DNA of 64,000 bases from a virus (IMGVR_UViG_3300041411_000177:1-64000); one strand, 5' to 3'; positions 47,795 through 56,861 are shown, counted from the stretch's first letter. The notes: generated from the sequence alone by a model not told the origin. Made by a program: numbers and translations.

Positions 47795-48078
47795 GGGGTT
47801 TCTCCAGTAATTACAGGGTCGTAAGGCAGACCCGTTTTAGCGTGAAAGAATTTCGCGTTTGGATCGGGGTTATTCAGCAGTGGGTGACTGTAGAAAACAT
47901 CACCGTCTTGAATAGGCCGGGAAACAATACCGCTCTCGAATTCCAGTGTGCGGGTTTCGATAATGGCGTGTGGATTATTTTTCCACTCGGTTGTTTTCCA
48001 GCGTTCGCCTACGATCCAACCGCCTGCGAATTTTACAGGTTCGTTTTTCGCGTGATACGAATTCCGCCACACTTTCAT
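47791..48078 (-). CDS. hypothetical protein, paralog of 48364..48687
   Basis: Shared KVWRNS, F.GGWI.G..WK...W and AKFF.A.T..PYD. Confidence 0.65.
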   Translation of the reverse strand: MKVWRNSYHAKNEPVKFAGGWIVGERWKTTEWKNNPHAIIETRTLEFESGIVSRPIQDGDVFYSHPLLNNPDPNAKFFHAKTGLPYDPVITGETP

Positions 48079-48374
48079 GGCATAAGCCAGTGTTTAGGTT
48101 GGTGGATAGAGAACCATTTTTCGTCCCGCTCTTCACTCACGGAAAACAGCTGTGAGCCGTCTTCCATGTCCGTGATGTTGATACGGTGGCCGAATAGATC
48201 GCTACTCAAAACTTCGTTGTGAGTTGGCACCACATCGAAAGGCTGCATGTTTTTATGCTTGAACATAAATTCAATGTCTTTCGAATCGGTATAGACCGCG
48301 ACGGACTTGAAACCGTACTGCGTCAGGACGCCCGAATCAGCGTCAAGCAGTTTGATCAGAGGCTTAGTCGTCAT
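48075..48374 (-). CDS. hypothetical protein
   Basis: Likely start ATG 48374 (MTTKPL). Confidence 0.55.
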   Translation of the reverse strand: MTTKPLIKLLDADSGVLTQYGFKSVAVYTDSKDIEFMFKHKNMQPFDVVPTHNEVLSSDLFGHRINITDMEDGSQLFSVSEERDEKWFSIHQPKHWLMP

Positions 48375-48687
48375 CGCGTGCTTCCTCGGTGTAATTGACA
48401 GGGCCGTCGTAAGGTTCCTGCGTCGTCGCGTAAAAGAATTTCGCGCTTTCGTAGGATTTACGCAAAGACAATCGGTGCGCCTCGATATACACATTGCCAT
48501 TTGCAAACGAGGCGCTGTGAAAAGCAGTACCCGGAATCGTGCGGCACTCTACAATCGTATCGCGTGAGGCCCACTGCTGTTTCTTCCAGCCGTCGCCCAT
48601 AATCCAGCCACCGCTGAATGTAGGCTCTTTGCCGGGAGCCTGAAACGAATTGCGCCAGACCTTCACGCCGTTGAATGGTTTGCTCAT
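48364..48687 (-). CDS. hypothetical protein, paralog of 47791..48078
   Basis: Shared KVWRNS, F.GGWI.G..WK...W and AKFF.A.T..PYD. Confidence 0.65.
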   Translation of the reverse strand: MSKPFNGVKVWRNSFQAPGKEPTFSGGWIMGDGWKKQQWASRDTIVECRTIPGTAFHSASFANGNVYIEAHRLSLRKSYESAKFFYATTQEPYDGPVNYTEEARDDD

Positions 48688-49235
48688 GATTTCGGTTCCA
48701 TGCTTGCGAAATCAGGATGGAATTCAAAAGCGAATTGCGTTGTACCGTTGTACTGGTATTCGCTGATCGTGCCGTAATGCGCTTGGGCTGCGTGCGACGT
48801 GATCACATTCACATCGGGGTACGTGCGGAATTGAATTGCTTCGAATTCCTTGCACGTGATCATCAACCACGGACTAACGCCGCCATCAGGTTCTGGACGC
48901 TTAACCAGATAAATCGTTTTGCGTTCTTTACCTTTCAGATGTTTGCGGTCACGATCCTGATCGGCGTGCTGCTTTGCAATCCAATGGCGCGGGTCGAATG
49001 CAGTGTCTTCCTGAATTTCGCACTGAATGCGCTGTGCCTGATAATGAGACGGATGCGAACCCGAAATGTAGGTCAGGATTTCGTTGTATTTCTTTTCGTC
49101 GATGGTTTCCCACGCGCCCCATCCGCTTTGGATTTGGACGTTGGAGAATTCCCGGCTACCGTTGCCGTAATAGACATTGCTGTCCCATGTCCGGTAGCGG
49201 TACGAATAGAAAATTTCAGTCTTCTGTTTGGTCAT
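48684..49235 (-). CDS. hypothetical protein
   Basis: 183-aa ORF. Confidence 0.6.
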   Translation of the reverse strand: MTKQKTEIFYSYRYRTWDSNVYYGNGSREFSNVQIQSGWGAWETIDEKKYNEILTYISGSHPSHYQAQRIQCEIQEDTAFDPRHWIAKQHADQDRDRKHLKGKERKTIYLVKRPEPDGGVSPWLMITCKEFEAIQFRTYPDVNVITSHAAQAHYGTISEYQYNGTTQFAFEFHPDFASMEPKS

Positions 49236-49956
49236 TGTCCGAATCCGTGACAGGTGCGGTGGCGGTTGCCATCAACAGGCCGAGGTCTTTCGTCAGCCAG
49301 CCATTTACGATTTGGTCATTTTCTACAATGCCCAAATATTTGAAACCGGCGTCGGCGTTGAATTGGAATTTGCCGCCAGCGATCATGGTTTCGTTAAAGC
49401 GTTTTACGGTCTTGCTCCACGTCTTGCCGTTCTGGCCGACATAATGCACCAGCAACGGATATTCATCGCGCTTGTCGTCGCGGGAACTTTCGTTGGTGAA
49501 ACCATAAACGAGATACGAAATGTTATTTGTGTGGTGCGTGTAAATCCCGCACAACGCAGGCAGAGTTTCTTCGCCGGTCAACGACAGGTCAACGTAGCGG
49601 CGCAGGGTATCAGACAGTGCCGGATACATGTCCGTACCTTGTCTACCGATCAAATCTGGAAGTTCGATTGGCGTATCAGTGACCGGAGGCTTATCAATGA
49701 TCGACAGACTGCCCAATTCATGCGGATAAAACAGTTTGGTTTCGCCGGTTGCTACATGCACACCAACCATTACCGTATCGTCGGCGGCAGTCACATTAAA
49801 GACTTCGCCACGATCCACGATTTGGTGCTGGTGTGGAATACACGAACGATAGCGCAATTGCCCGTTCTTCACGTGCGGTCGGTATACCGGGCCACTACTT
49901 CGCAGGGCCAGCAGCTGTTCGAGAAAATCGTTTACTTGGGATTCGGAATAATTCAC
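49216..49956 (-). CDS. hypothetical protein
   Basis: 246-aa ORF. Confidence 0.6.
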   Translation of the reverse strand: MNYSESQVNDFLEQLLALRSSGPVYRPHVKNGQLRYRSCIPHQHQIVDRGEVFNVTAADDTVMVGVHVATGETKLFYPHELGSLSIIDKPPVTDTPIELPDLIGRQGTDMYPALSDTLRRYVDLSLTGEETLPALCGIYTHHTNNISYLVYGFTNESSRDDKRDEYPLLVHYVGQNGKTWSKTVKRFNETMIAGGKFQFNADAGFKYLGIVENDQIVNGWLTKDLGLLMATATAPVTDSDNDQTED

Positions 49957-49959
49957 TTT

Positions 49960-50586
49960 TTACATACCTTGAATTTTGTTTTGCAGTAGAAGAACCATCG
50001 CGTATCCATGGGCCGCTACGTGCTGGCCGGAATCGCAGGTTCCACGATACGCGTTACTGATTACCACCACAGGGTCAAAGTCGAGCGGCAATTCTGCTGC
50101 TTCACAAATTCCCAAAAGTTTTTCGATTAATTCTGGCATTACCGTAATCGGCATGGGCCGCATCGGCGTTTGCAGCCGAAGTGTTGGGTCTTTCAAACTG
50201 ATACGACCGCGCACGTCCGAGAATTGAACGTAAACGCGATCATTGGCAACCAGCACCCGGACTTTTTTCCAGATATCGCTGGTGTCGCCGCTGATCATTA
50301 CGGACTCGACGAAGTTATCGAAATTATTCCGCACGTAATTAATCAGCGTACTTTCGGTGTTTACCCGTTCCAGTTCTGCCACAAGTTCGGCACTGCATTT
50401 CGATTTGGTGCCACTTGGACGCCAGTATCCCAAACCGTTTGGAATCGTGTACGGGCGCTTTTCTTTAAAGCCGACGGCGGTGCCATTTTCGAAATAGTAG
50501 AGACTGTTATCGTGAAGGCAGAACCCATCGGCAATAGCGCGGCACGAATTTACAAACGGTCTATCAAAGATACTGACCTCAAGCAT
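49960..50586 (-). CDS. hypothetical protein
   Basis: 208-aa ORF. Confidence 0.6.
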   Translation of the reverse strand: MLEVSIFDRPFVNSCRAIADGFCLHDNSLYYFENGTAVGFKEKRPYTIPNGLGYWRPSGTKSKCSAELVAELERVNTESTLINYVRNNFDNFVESVMISGDTSDIWKKVRVLVANDRVYVQFSDVRGRISLKDPTLRLQTPMRPMPITVMPELIEKLLGICEAAELPLDFDPVVVISNAYRGTCDSGQHVAAHGYAMVLLLQNKIQGM

Positions 50587-50606
50587 ATGTTGTTCCTAGA
50601 AATGGT

Positions 50607-51602
50607 TTACTTCTTATTAGATTTTACAGTATTTGCCCCGGTCGATTTGGCAGGATCTTTCTTTAAAGCGGGTTTCCGTGTTTTCTTTTCGGGCGTGTAA
50701 TAGAACGCAGTCAGCACGGCTGCGATTTCAGCACCAACCTTTTTGGTTGTGCATTTCTCGGCCAGCCCGTTGATCATCACAGAATCCAACGCAGGCCGTA
50801 CAGCGGCTTCCCGGTGACGCATTTGCATTACGCCCACTTCGATATAATGCAAAAGTTCAGGTACGCCATTGCGCTGGTGAAATTGAATATCACCGGGCGT
50901 GCAGGGGTTTTGGTAAACGATTTGGCGAGCCAGTTGCAGAGCTTCAACCGCTGCCAACACCACAGCCTGCGAACGCTCGGCCTTATTGAACAGGTCGAAT
51001 TTGTTATAGATTTTCAGCAGGTTTATTTTGGATTCAACCCGATCTTGTTCTGTGTAGGCCCGCATGTTTTTAGCATATTCCATTTTCATGCGGTTGGTAT
51101 TGCGCTGCATGACCGTGCCGTATTTAAGTGCCTTGAATTCGGTGCCACCACCGGCAATCGCTAGGCCGGAATCGCCTTTGGTATTATCGAGATAAAGCAG
51201 GATACCGAAATCATGTTTTGGCTCTTTGATTTTATGCTTAACCCACGTCCGGCTGTACCAGCGATCACCGTTCAACACGTACTCGGTGCCGTTGATGAAA
51301 GCCACTTGTGAATACAGGCCCCGCATAATATGGCGAATGGCGAGAAAATCCGGATACGATTTGATGGTGAATCGCTCAATGATTTCCTTTGCGATTTCAA
51401 AGCAGGGTTCAATATATTTATCGGGAATGTTCTTGGTGGTTTCTGGCAGCAGGTCATGCATTTTCCCTTTGCCGTCGGTGATCACCAGTAATTCCAGACA
51501 CTGCATAATGAGCATGGAATGCAGGCCCATTAATTGGACGGCATCGCACAGCCCGCGTCTCGAATCGGACAGGCCGAATTCGGGTAGGTAAACGGTAGGC
51601 AT
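50607..51602 (-). CDS. hypothetical protein with Lys-rich C-terminus
   Basis: 331-aa ORF with AAGGA RBS; first gene after the long non-coding region. Confidence 0.7.
   Translation of the reverse strand: MPTVYLPEFGLSDSRRGLCDAVQLMGLHSMLIMQCLELLVITDGKGKMHDLLPETTKNIPDKYIEPCFEIAKEIIERFTIKSYPDFLAIRHIMRGLYSQVAFINGTEYVLNGDRWYSRTWVKHKIKEPKHDFGILLYLDNTKGDSGLAIAGGGTEFKALKYGTVMQRNTNRMKMEYAKNMRAYTEQDRVESKINLLKIYNKFDLFNKAERSQAVVLAAVEALQLARQIVYQNPCTPGDIQFHQRNGVPELLHYIEVGVMQMRHREAAVRPALDSVMINGLAEKCTTKKVGAEIAAVLTAFYYTPEKKTRKPALKKDPAKSTGANTVKSNKK
50621..50639 (-). promoter_or_regulatory. variant promoter GGGGCAAATACTGTAAAAT
   Basis: Resembles the extended motif at 18050 and 61771; about 35 nt upstream of the 50586 start. 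Confidence 0.45.
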
Positions 51603-52069
51603 TGGTATTCCTTTTAATCGAATGTTTCGGTTGGGTGGCCGGGCGGCTGGCCGGTGGGAAGGGGGGCTGCGGAATGGGGGATGGGCGCCTTCGGCGCAGT
51701 TATGGTTCCCATAACGAGCATTAGACCGAAGGCCTATTGTATTGTCGCAAGATCAATACAACGCAGGCAGAACTATCCTTAAAAGTTCAATCATTCATGC
51801 AACGCTTCCTGCTCTGCTTTCGCTCGGGATGCTGGGTGAGGGGATTTGCCGGACGCTTTCTCATTCCGGGGAACCTTCGGTTCCCGCTCCTCACGCTTCG
51901 CGTTCGTCGCTATCGTTCGCTTCGCTCCCTGTTTGTCTTTCTCGCACGTTCAGTGCGATGCGACGTTCTGGTACTCAAGCAATTCCTTTCTCAGGCTCAC
52001 TCTGTTCGCAATCGTTCCAAACGATAAATCGTTCTGTCTCTCAATTATTCCGCAACCACACTCATCCAC
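51603..52069. other. non-coding hairpin-rich region (candidate replication origin or structured RNA)
   Basis: No credible ORF; at least eight inverted repeats, five with GAA triloops on the minus strand; G-run cluster 51656-51685. Confidence 0.5.
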
Positions 52070-52087
52070 CATTTACAGTTTTGGGGT
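52070..52087 (-). promoter_or_regulatory. promoter motif ACCCCAAAACTGTAAATG
   Basis: Matches the CAAAACTGTAAAT core; points into the non-coding region. Confidence 0.55.
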
Positions 52088-52168
52088 TGGTGATTTTTTG
52101 ATCAATTCCCTGTACCCATTGGGCCAAACGCCGGGATACCATTCGAATCATTTGAATAAAAAGGCAAT

Positions 52169-52197
52169 AAAAAAGGGGAACCTTTCGGCTCCCCTTT
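52169..52197 (-). terminator. intrinsic terminator
   Basis: AAAGGGGA...TCCCCTTT stem; T tract on the minus strand. Confidence 0.75.
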
Positions 52198-52215
52198 GGG
52201 TGTAAATACGGCTAT

Positions 52216-53073
52216 TTAGAGGCTGGATGCGGTCAATTTGTCGTAAAGTTCAAGGATGTTTGCGTTGAAATCAAACCCTTTCAAACCATGCAAACAAACT
52301 TTGCAATCAGGCCAATCATGTTCGGCACAATTGGTGGGCATTGCCATCATGCGCGGTGGAAGTGGGCACGGGTCAGCGCCCATTAGCAGACGTTCGCAAA
52401 CCAGCTTTACAACCTTGACCATTTGTTCGCCGGTCAGCATGTAGTTTTCACCGGTTTGACCAGTGCTGATTTGCACCGTTGCTTGTGGTTCTTCAACCAC
52501 ACCACAATCGACCACTGGGTTTGCAATGGGAGTTTCACACGGTTGAGCCAGCAATTCTGGTGGCGGTGGATTTGGAATAACTTGTTGGAATGTGCCATTT
52601 TCTGGCACGCCTTCCATCATGGTATTTCCATTAACAGAAATGCGAATTTTCCGTGGGCCGTAAGTCTGAATGCAAACCGATGTACCACCGTCACGCTGAA
52701 ATGTGGTCACGTCTGCATAAGTCGGTTCCATGTTGGCGGGTGTGGATTCCGCTTCACCCGTGCCGTGCATGGCGTTCCACTCGCTACGGGTAATGTCGCC
52801 CATGGATGCAGTCGCCATGTGCATTTCGTTTGGAATAAAATCCGGGGCCGCTCGTTTCTTTTCCAGCGTGGCCGCCAGTTCGGGTTTCATCTGCTGCCAC
52901 AAATTGCTGAATTCACGCGAGTTATGATTCTCGATGCAGTCCGCCAATTTATCCGCCGACGCTTTGGAAAACAGCGGCATGATCATTCGCAGCATCAGGC
53001 TACGCTTTTGCTTCAGCGTCTGCGCGTTGCGTGCCATCGTGATCATGTTGGAAGCAATGGTTAATTCTTTCAT
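52216..53073 (-). CDS. hypothetical protein
   Basis: Likely start ATG 53073 (coupled); MATAS motif; C-terminal CxxC. Confidence 0.6.
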   Translation of the reverse strand: MKELTIASNMITMARNAQTLKQKRSLMLRMIMPLFSKASADKLADCIENHNSREFSNLWQQMKPELAATLEKKRAAPDFIPNEMHMATASMGDITRSEWNAMHGTGEAESTPANMEPTYADVTTFQRDGGTSVCIQTYGPRKIRISVNGNTMMEGVPENGTFQQVIPNPPPPELLAQPCETPIANPVVDCGVVEEPQATVQISTGQTGENYMLTGEQMVKVVKLVCERLLMGADPCPLPPRMMAMPTNCAEHDWPDCKVCLHGLKGFDFNANILELYDKLTASSL

Positions 53074-53882
53074 TTGTCCTCCCACACAATAGGGCCGTGC
53101 AAGCCTTCATAAGTCCGGGTCGAATTCTCCAACGCAGTTTTCAAATCCGGGTGCAGTTCTTCACGGGTAACGCCCGACAAACGAATAGAGCGAACCGACC
53201 GCCCACGAACCGAATACGCAGATTCTTTCACGTTGTTAATCCACAGCGTGCGGCCATCATGGCCTTCCGGGCCTTCGTTGAAATCAGCAGCACGCACAAC
53301 CACATCGAACCAATTTGGTTCTGCATCTTTGGCCGTCTTTTTCTGTTTCACGGTACGCACCACAACAATTTCGTTTTCGTCAGTGTGCAGCACCTTTTCG
53401 ACCGTGGAATCAATCCATTTGTTGGTCACGACGACGGCACCAACAGGATCTTTGTTTGCATCCATGAACATGTCGAGAATTGCCTGCATGTCTTCGATGG
53501 TTGGCGTCCAGTTATTGGAACCTGCTTTGACATGCAGAATGCGTTTCAGCGTGTTCAGCGTGTAACCGTCTTCGAAAACGTCTTGAGGGCTGAACGATTC
53601 GTGGCCGTTGGAATAGCGTACAAAATAACCGCCAGTGTGAACCGCGTTGCGTTCCATGTAATCGTCGCCAACCACCGCAACGAATTCGCCAGTCTTATCG
53701 ACCAAAACATATTCGGTTTTGCATGCGGTCGGCATCGATTCCATCGTTCCACCTTCGCGGGGAATCATCATGTATTGCTGGGCCGGAATCGTGTCGCTGT
53801 GTGTGCCTTCCTGCTGCGCGGTGATGTGCGCGATTTGAAACGCTTCGACTTGTTTGTGGCAATTGTAGATTGGGAAATTCAT
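53070..53882 (-). CDS. mosaic protein: GYFVRY..G.ESFSP..VFE.GY domain plus a portal-like segment
   Basis: 270 aa; first domain is a common phage module; RILHVKAG...DPVGAVVVT resembles, from recall, a portal segment of this phage group. Confidence 0.45.
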   Translation of the reverse strand: MNFPIYNCHKQVEAFQIAHITAQQEGTHSDTIPAQQYMMIPREGGTMESMPTACKTEYVLVDKTGEFVAVVGDDYMERNAVHTGGYFVRYSNGHESFSPQDVFEDGYTLNTLKRILHVKAGSNNWTPTIEDMQAILDMFMDANKDPVGAVVVTNKWIDSTVEKVLHTDENEIVVVRTVKQKKTAKDAEPNWFDVVVRAADFNEGPEGHDGRTLWINNVKESAYSVRGRSVRSIRLSGVTREELHPDLKTALENSTRTYEGLHGPIVWEDK

Positions 53883-54046
53883 TCGTAAACCTCGACCTTT
53901 GGAGTTCCGCGACAGCCCAAGTGTGGGCGTTGACCATTAGTGGAATCGTGATGATACCAATCGGAATATTGGGGTTCATGCATCCAGTATTCCCACCGGC
54001 CACCGATCAGGCGACGATACCATTTAAAATTCTTGAAAATATTCAT
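53879..54046 (-). CDS. small Trp/His-rich protein
   Basis: Likely start ATG 54046 (MNIFKNFKWYRRLIGGRW). Confidence 0.5.
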   Translation of the reverse strand: MNIFKNFKWYRRLIGGRWEYWMHEPQYSDWYHHDSTNGQRPHLGCRGTPKVEVYE

Positions 54047-54083
54047 GTGATCCCAGCTGGTCAGGATATGGGGACGGCTTGAA

Positions 54084-54557
54084 TTACTTGAGTTTAAAAC
54101 CGTAGTGAATAGAACCACCGTTAGGCTCGCCACGACTCACGTAGCCACCACGCAATTCGAATACGTCCTGTGCATTGTTGATAATCCGCGACCACTCTTC
54201 TTCGATTTGGGTCTGGTTGAATGACAGGCGTGCGCAATTGTCCGGACGATCAAAGATCAGGAACACGGACTCGGAAGCCATGGCGACTTTCAACAGTTCC
54301 GGGTAAACAGTCCACGGTTTCCACGCACTCAACGACAGGAATTGTTTGTGGATTTCTGCACGGATACTGGCAGTCGCCACGATAAGCGCATCCTGCAATT
54401 CCGCTTCGATGAAATTGTTCGAGTTGTTGGTGATTTGCCCCACCGATTGCCCGCGTACTGCGTGGTGTGCATCGTCGTCGTTTTTGACGATTAGCTGGCC
54501 GTCGATAGGTGCCACGTTGGTGTTGTCGTCAGTGAGGATAAGGTGAACGTATTTCAT
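54084..54557 (-). CDS. hypothetical protein
   Basis: Likely start ATG 54557, coupled to the upstream stop; VATAS motif. Confidence 0.6.
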   Translation of the reverse strand: MKYVHLILTDDNTNVAPIDGQLIVKNDDDAHHAVRGQSVGQITNNSNNFIEAELQDALIVATASIRAEIHKQFLSLSAWKPWTVYPELLKVAMASESVFLIFDRPDNCARLSFNQTQIEEEWSRIINNAQDVFELRGGYVSRGEPNGGSIHYGFKLK

Positions 54558-55639
54558 TGGAGTTTGTACCCTTTTGCAATTGTCCGGAGGGGTTCGGTAG
54601 GTTGCAGCACACGCGCAGAACATACCCATTCGAGACGGGCCTGATCCTGCATGATTTTGCGTTCTTTATCGCGGATTTTCAGAAACAGATTTCGCGCCGG
54701 GATACACACGATATCGCCTTCGTTTACGTCGCTGACTTCTGGCCCCAAGACAATTGGAATATCGCCCATGGTTTGCAGACGGTCGTAATCGAGTACGGTA
54801 GTTTCGCCACCGATGTTCGCGTTAATCTTTTCGATACCCATGTCGAATTCGAAAGCCATGTGCGTGAAGCGCTCAACCCGCACATAAATCTCGATGGTCT
54901 GGCCTTCGTACCGACGCAAATCTGCGACCGTGATTGCTTTGCCATCTTTGCGTTGTGGACGCTCCCGCAAAACATACGTGTCTTCGCGAATGCTGTAGAT
55001 TACCGATTTAAAATACTTCGGCACCAGAACTTCGAACATGACGTAACCGTCTTGCGATTCCCGCTGGAACGCATGCGGCGCACTGGTCGAATCCATATGC
55101 ACGCCATCAATCCCGGCGTAATCGTAGTGCGTATAAATCTTGCGCTGCATGCCGTAGGCTTTGTAACCGGGCTGGCGCATGGCGCGATAACAGATACCAC
55201 AATTCACCGAACCCTGACCCATGGAATCCTCGAAGTTTTCCGTTTCGATTCCCTTGAGTCCCTGACTAGATTCTTCTGGCTGCATGCCGGACACGTCGCG
55301 GACTTCTACGTCGTTGAACATCCGATCCATTTCCGTACCGAAAATATCGTCGTCTTGGAATTCAATCCCGATATTATCCGAAGAGCGATCACGTTGTGGA
55401 ATGGTAGGCGTCACGTTGGAACTGGTGGGGGCTTCGACATTGGTTTTGCAGCATGAACATGGCCGCCCAACCTGCCGGTCGATTTGGTAAAGAACAATTT
55501 GCACCGCGTTAACGGCCAAGCTGTTCGAAACCTGATGATTGTAAGCTGTAACCGTTTCATCCATTCGGGCTTGCGCCTGTTTCTGAATGAAATTGCGTGC
55601 GTGGTTACGTCGCACATTAGATGGCCCGCGTTTGATCAT
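54554..55639 (-). CDS. putative head-closure/neck structural protein
   Basis: 361 aa; CSCC and CGIC motifs, beta-rich C-terminus; preceded by the late motif. Confidence 0.45.
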   Translation of the reverse strand: MIKRGPSNVRRNHARNFIQKQAQARMDETVTAYNHQVSNSLAVNAVQIVLYQIDRQVGRPCSCCKTNVEAPTSSNVTPTIPQRDRSSDNIGIEFQDDDIFGTEMDRMFNDVEVRDVSGMQPEESSQGLKGIETENFEDSMGQGSVNCGICYRAMRQPGYKAYGMQRKIYTHYDYAGIDGVHMDSTSAPHAFQRESQDGYVMFEVLVPKYFKSVIYSIREDTYVLRERPQRKDGKAITVADLRRYEGQTIEIYVRVERFTHMAFEFDMGIEKINANIGGETTVLDYDRLQTMGDIPIVLGPEVSDVNEGDIVCIPARNLFLKIRDKERKIMQDQARLEWVCSARVLQPTEPLRTIAKGYKLQ

Positions 55640-55658
55640 GATTGATCCTCCATTCCCT

Positions 55659-55667
55659 TTAAATTAC
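55659..55667 (-). promoter_or_regulatory. putative late promoter GTAATTTAA
   Basis: 20 nt upstream of the 55639 start, with GGAGG RBS between. Confidence 0.55.
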
Positions 55668-55723
55668 TGGCCCAAAACCGACGACATGAATTGTAATTCA
55701 GTAGTATGAGGAAGGAGCATCCC

Positions 55724-56359
55724 ATGGCCCGTAAGCGTAAGGCGAAAGCCAAACCAATAAAAATTGAATTGCCTGTGCCGACCAAGAAGCGTATTCGCGT
55801 AATGGGCGAAGACATGGGCACAAAAAACTACGCTGTTACGCAGATTGAAGCGTGGGTAAAGGAAGAAGCTGGAAACCGTCGCATGTGTTTTAAAATCATC
55901 GGTACAAAGATGATGGAACACATGATCCACGACGTAAAGATTGCACAACTTGAATGCGGTGCGTTCGTTGAAGAATACAAGCAATTGCCGCCAGTTGATT
56001 ACATTGCAGCGGAACGCTTCCAAGCCCGGCCCGGACGTGGTGCGGGAACCACTGTTGAAGCCATTTCGATGATGCTTGGCGTAATGATGATCCTGCGCCC
56101 GGACGTTCCAACGGAATTCTTGACCGCTGCAACGTGGAAGAACGAATTCAATCGAACCCCAGCCGATTTGAAAGAAATGTACGAAGACCTGAAGGTCAAA
56201 TACAAAGGCCAAGGGATCGTGATTCACCAACTGGATTCGTTCCTTATCGCGCTTTACCACGCGGCGAAATTGCTTCGTGTAAAACCCTATGATTTCATTC
56301 ATTCCCACACCGACGAAAGCCGACTTTTCAATGTGTTGGCAAAGGCCCCATCCCTTTAA
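55724..56359 (+). CDS. RuvC-like Holliday junction resolvase
   Basis: RVMGEDMGTKNYA, IAAERFQ and HQLDSFLIA acidic motifs; AAGGAG RBS before ATG 55724. Confidence 0.75.
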   Translation: MARKRKAKAKPIKIELPVPTKKRIRVMGEDMGTKNYAVTQIEAWVKEEAGNRRMCFKIIGTKMMEHMIHDVKIAQLECGAFVEEYKQLPPVDYIAAERFQARPGRGAGTTVEAISMMLGVMMILRPDVPTEFLTAATWKNEFNRTPADLKEMYEDLKVKYKGQGIVIHQLDSFLIALYHAAKLLRVKPYDFIHSHTDESRLFNVLAKAPSL

Positions 56360-56363
56360 ATAA

Positions 56364-56372
56364 TGTAAATAC
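56364..56372 (+). promoter_or_regulatory. TGTAAATAC promoter motif
   Basis: About 40 nt upstream of 56410. Confidence 0.5.
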
Positions 56373-56409
56373 AGGGTATGATTTCGAATACCAAAAAAGG
56401 GAATGGGGA

Positions 56410-56861
56410 ATGAAAACTGAAATGAACAACGCCGTTAGTGCAACCGTAGATTTCCAGCTTTTTCGGGCTGGTTTTTCCATCGGATCGTATCCGGATAAAG
56501 ACGCTTTTCCGCAAAACTTTATCGAGAATGTGAAGTACGCACACCTCGATGTTGATCGTTTGCAGGAAGACGACCGGACGCGCCCGCATCAAATCGCAAT
56601 TGGTGTTGCGGAACGTGGTCAGAATGTTCAGTACATTTACGACCTCGTTTTGGGCAAGATCGAACCGCCAAAAGAAATCTGGCTGTACAGCGAATTGAAA
56701 TCTGAGCGTGTGATTGCAAAGCGCATCCTGACCGAAATCAAATGCGCAGCAGCAATACCAGCTACTCGAATTTGCCGGGTGGCGAGCGGGAACTGTTGGT
56801 GCATCGTCTGGTGTTCAATTGCTTCCTGTTCGACGCGGAATATCCAAAGATCAATGTCTAA
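56410..56861 (+). CDS. hypothetical protein with an apparent frameshift near 56740
   Basis: The -1 frame gives ...LPGGERELLVHRLVFNCFLFDAEYPKINV* with a stop overlapping the next ATG; the ORF-track frame reads as an implausible Cys/Trp-rich linker. Confidence 0.45.

Noticed and set aside
51742-52205. Two 119-aa plus-strand ORFs in the non-coding region
   Set aside because: No RBS, Ser/Arg/Phe-biased composition and wrong strand for the context; better explained by the pyrimidine-rich hairpin DNA
52201-52209. TGTAAATAC on the plus strand after the terminator
   Set aside because: It points antisense into the end of a minus-strand gene with no downstream ORF; may be chance, although an antisense RNA is not excluded
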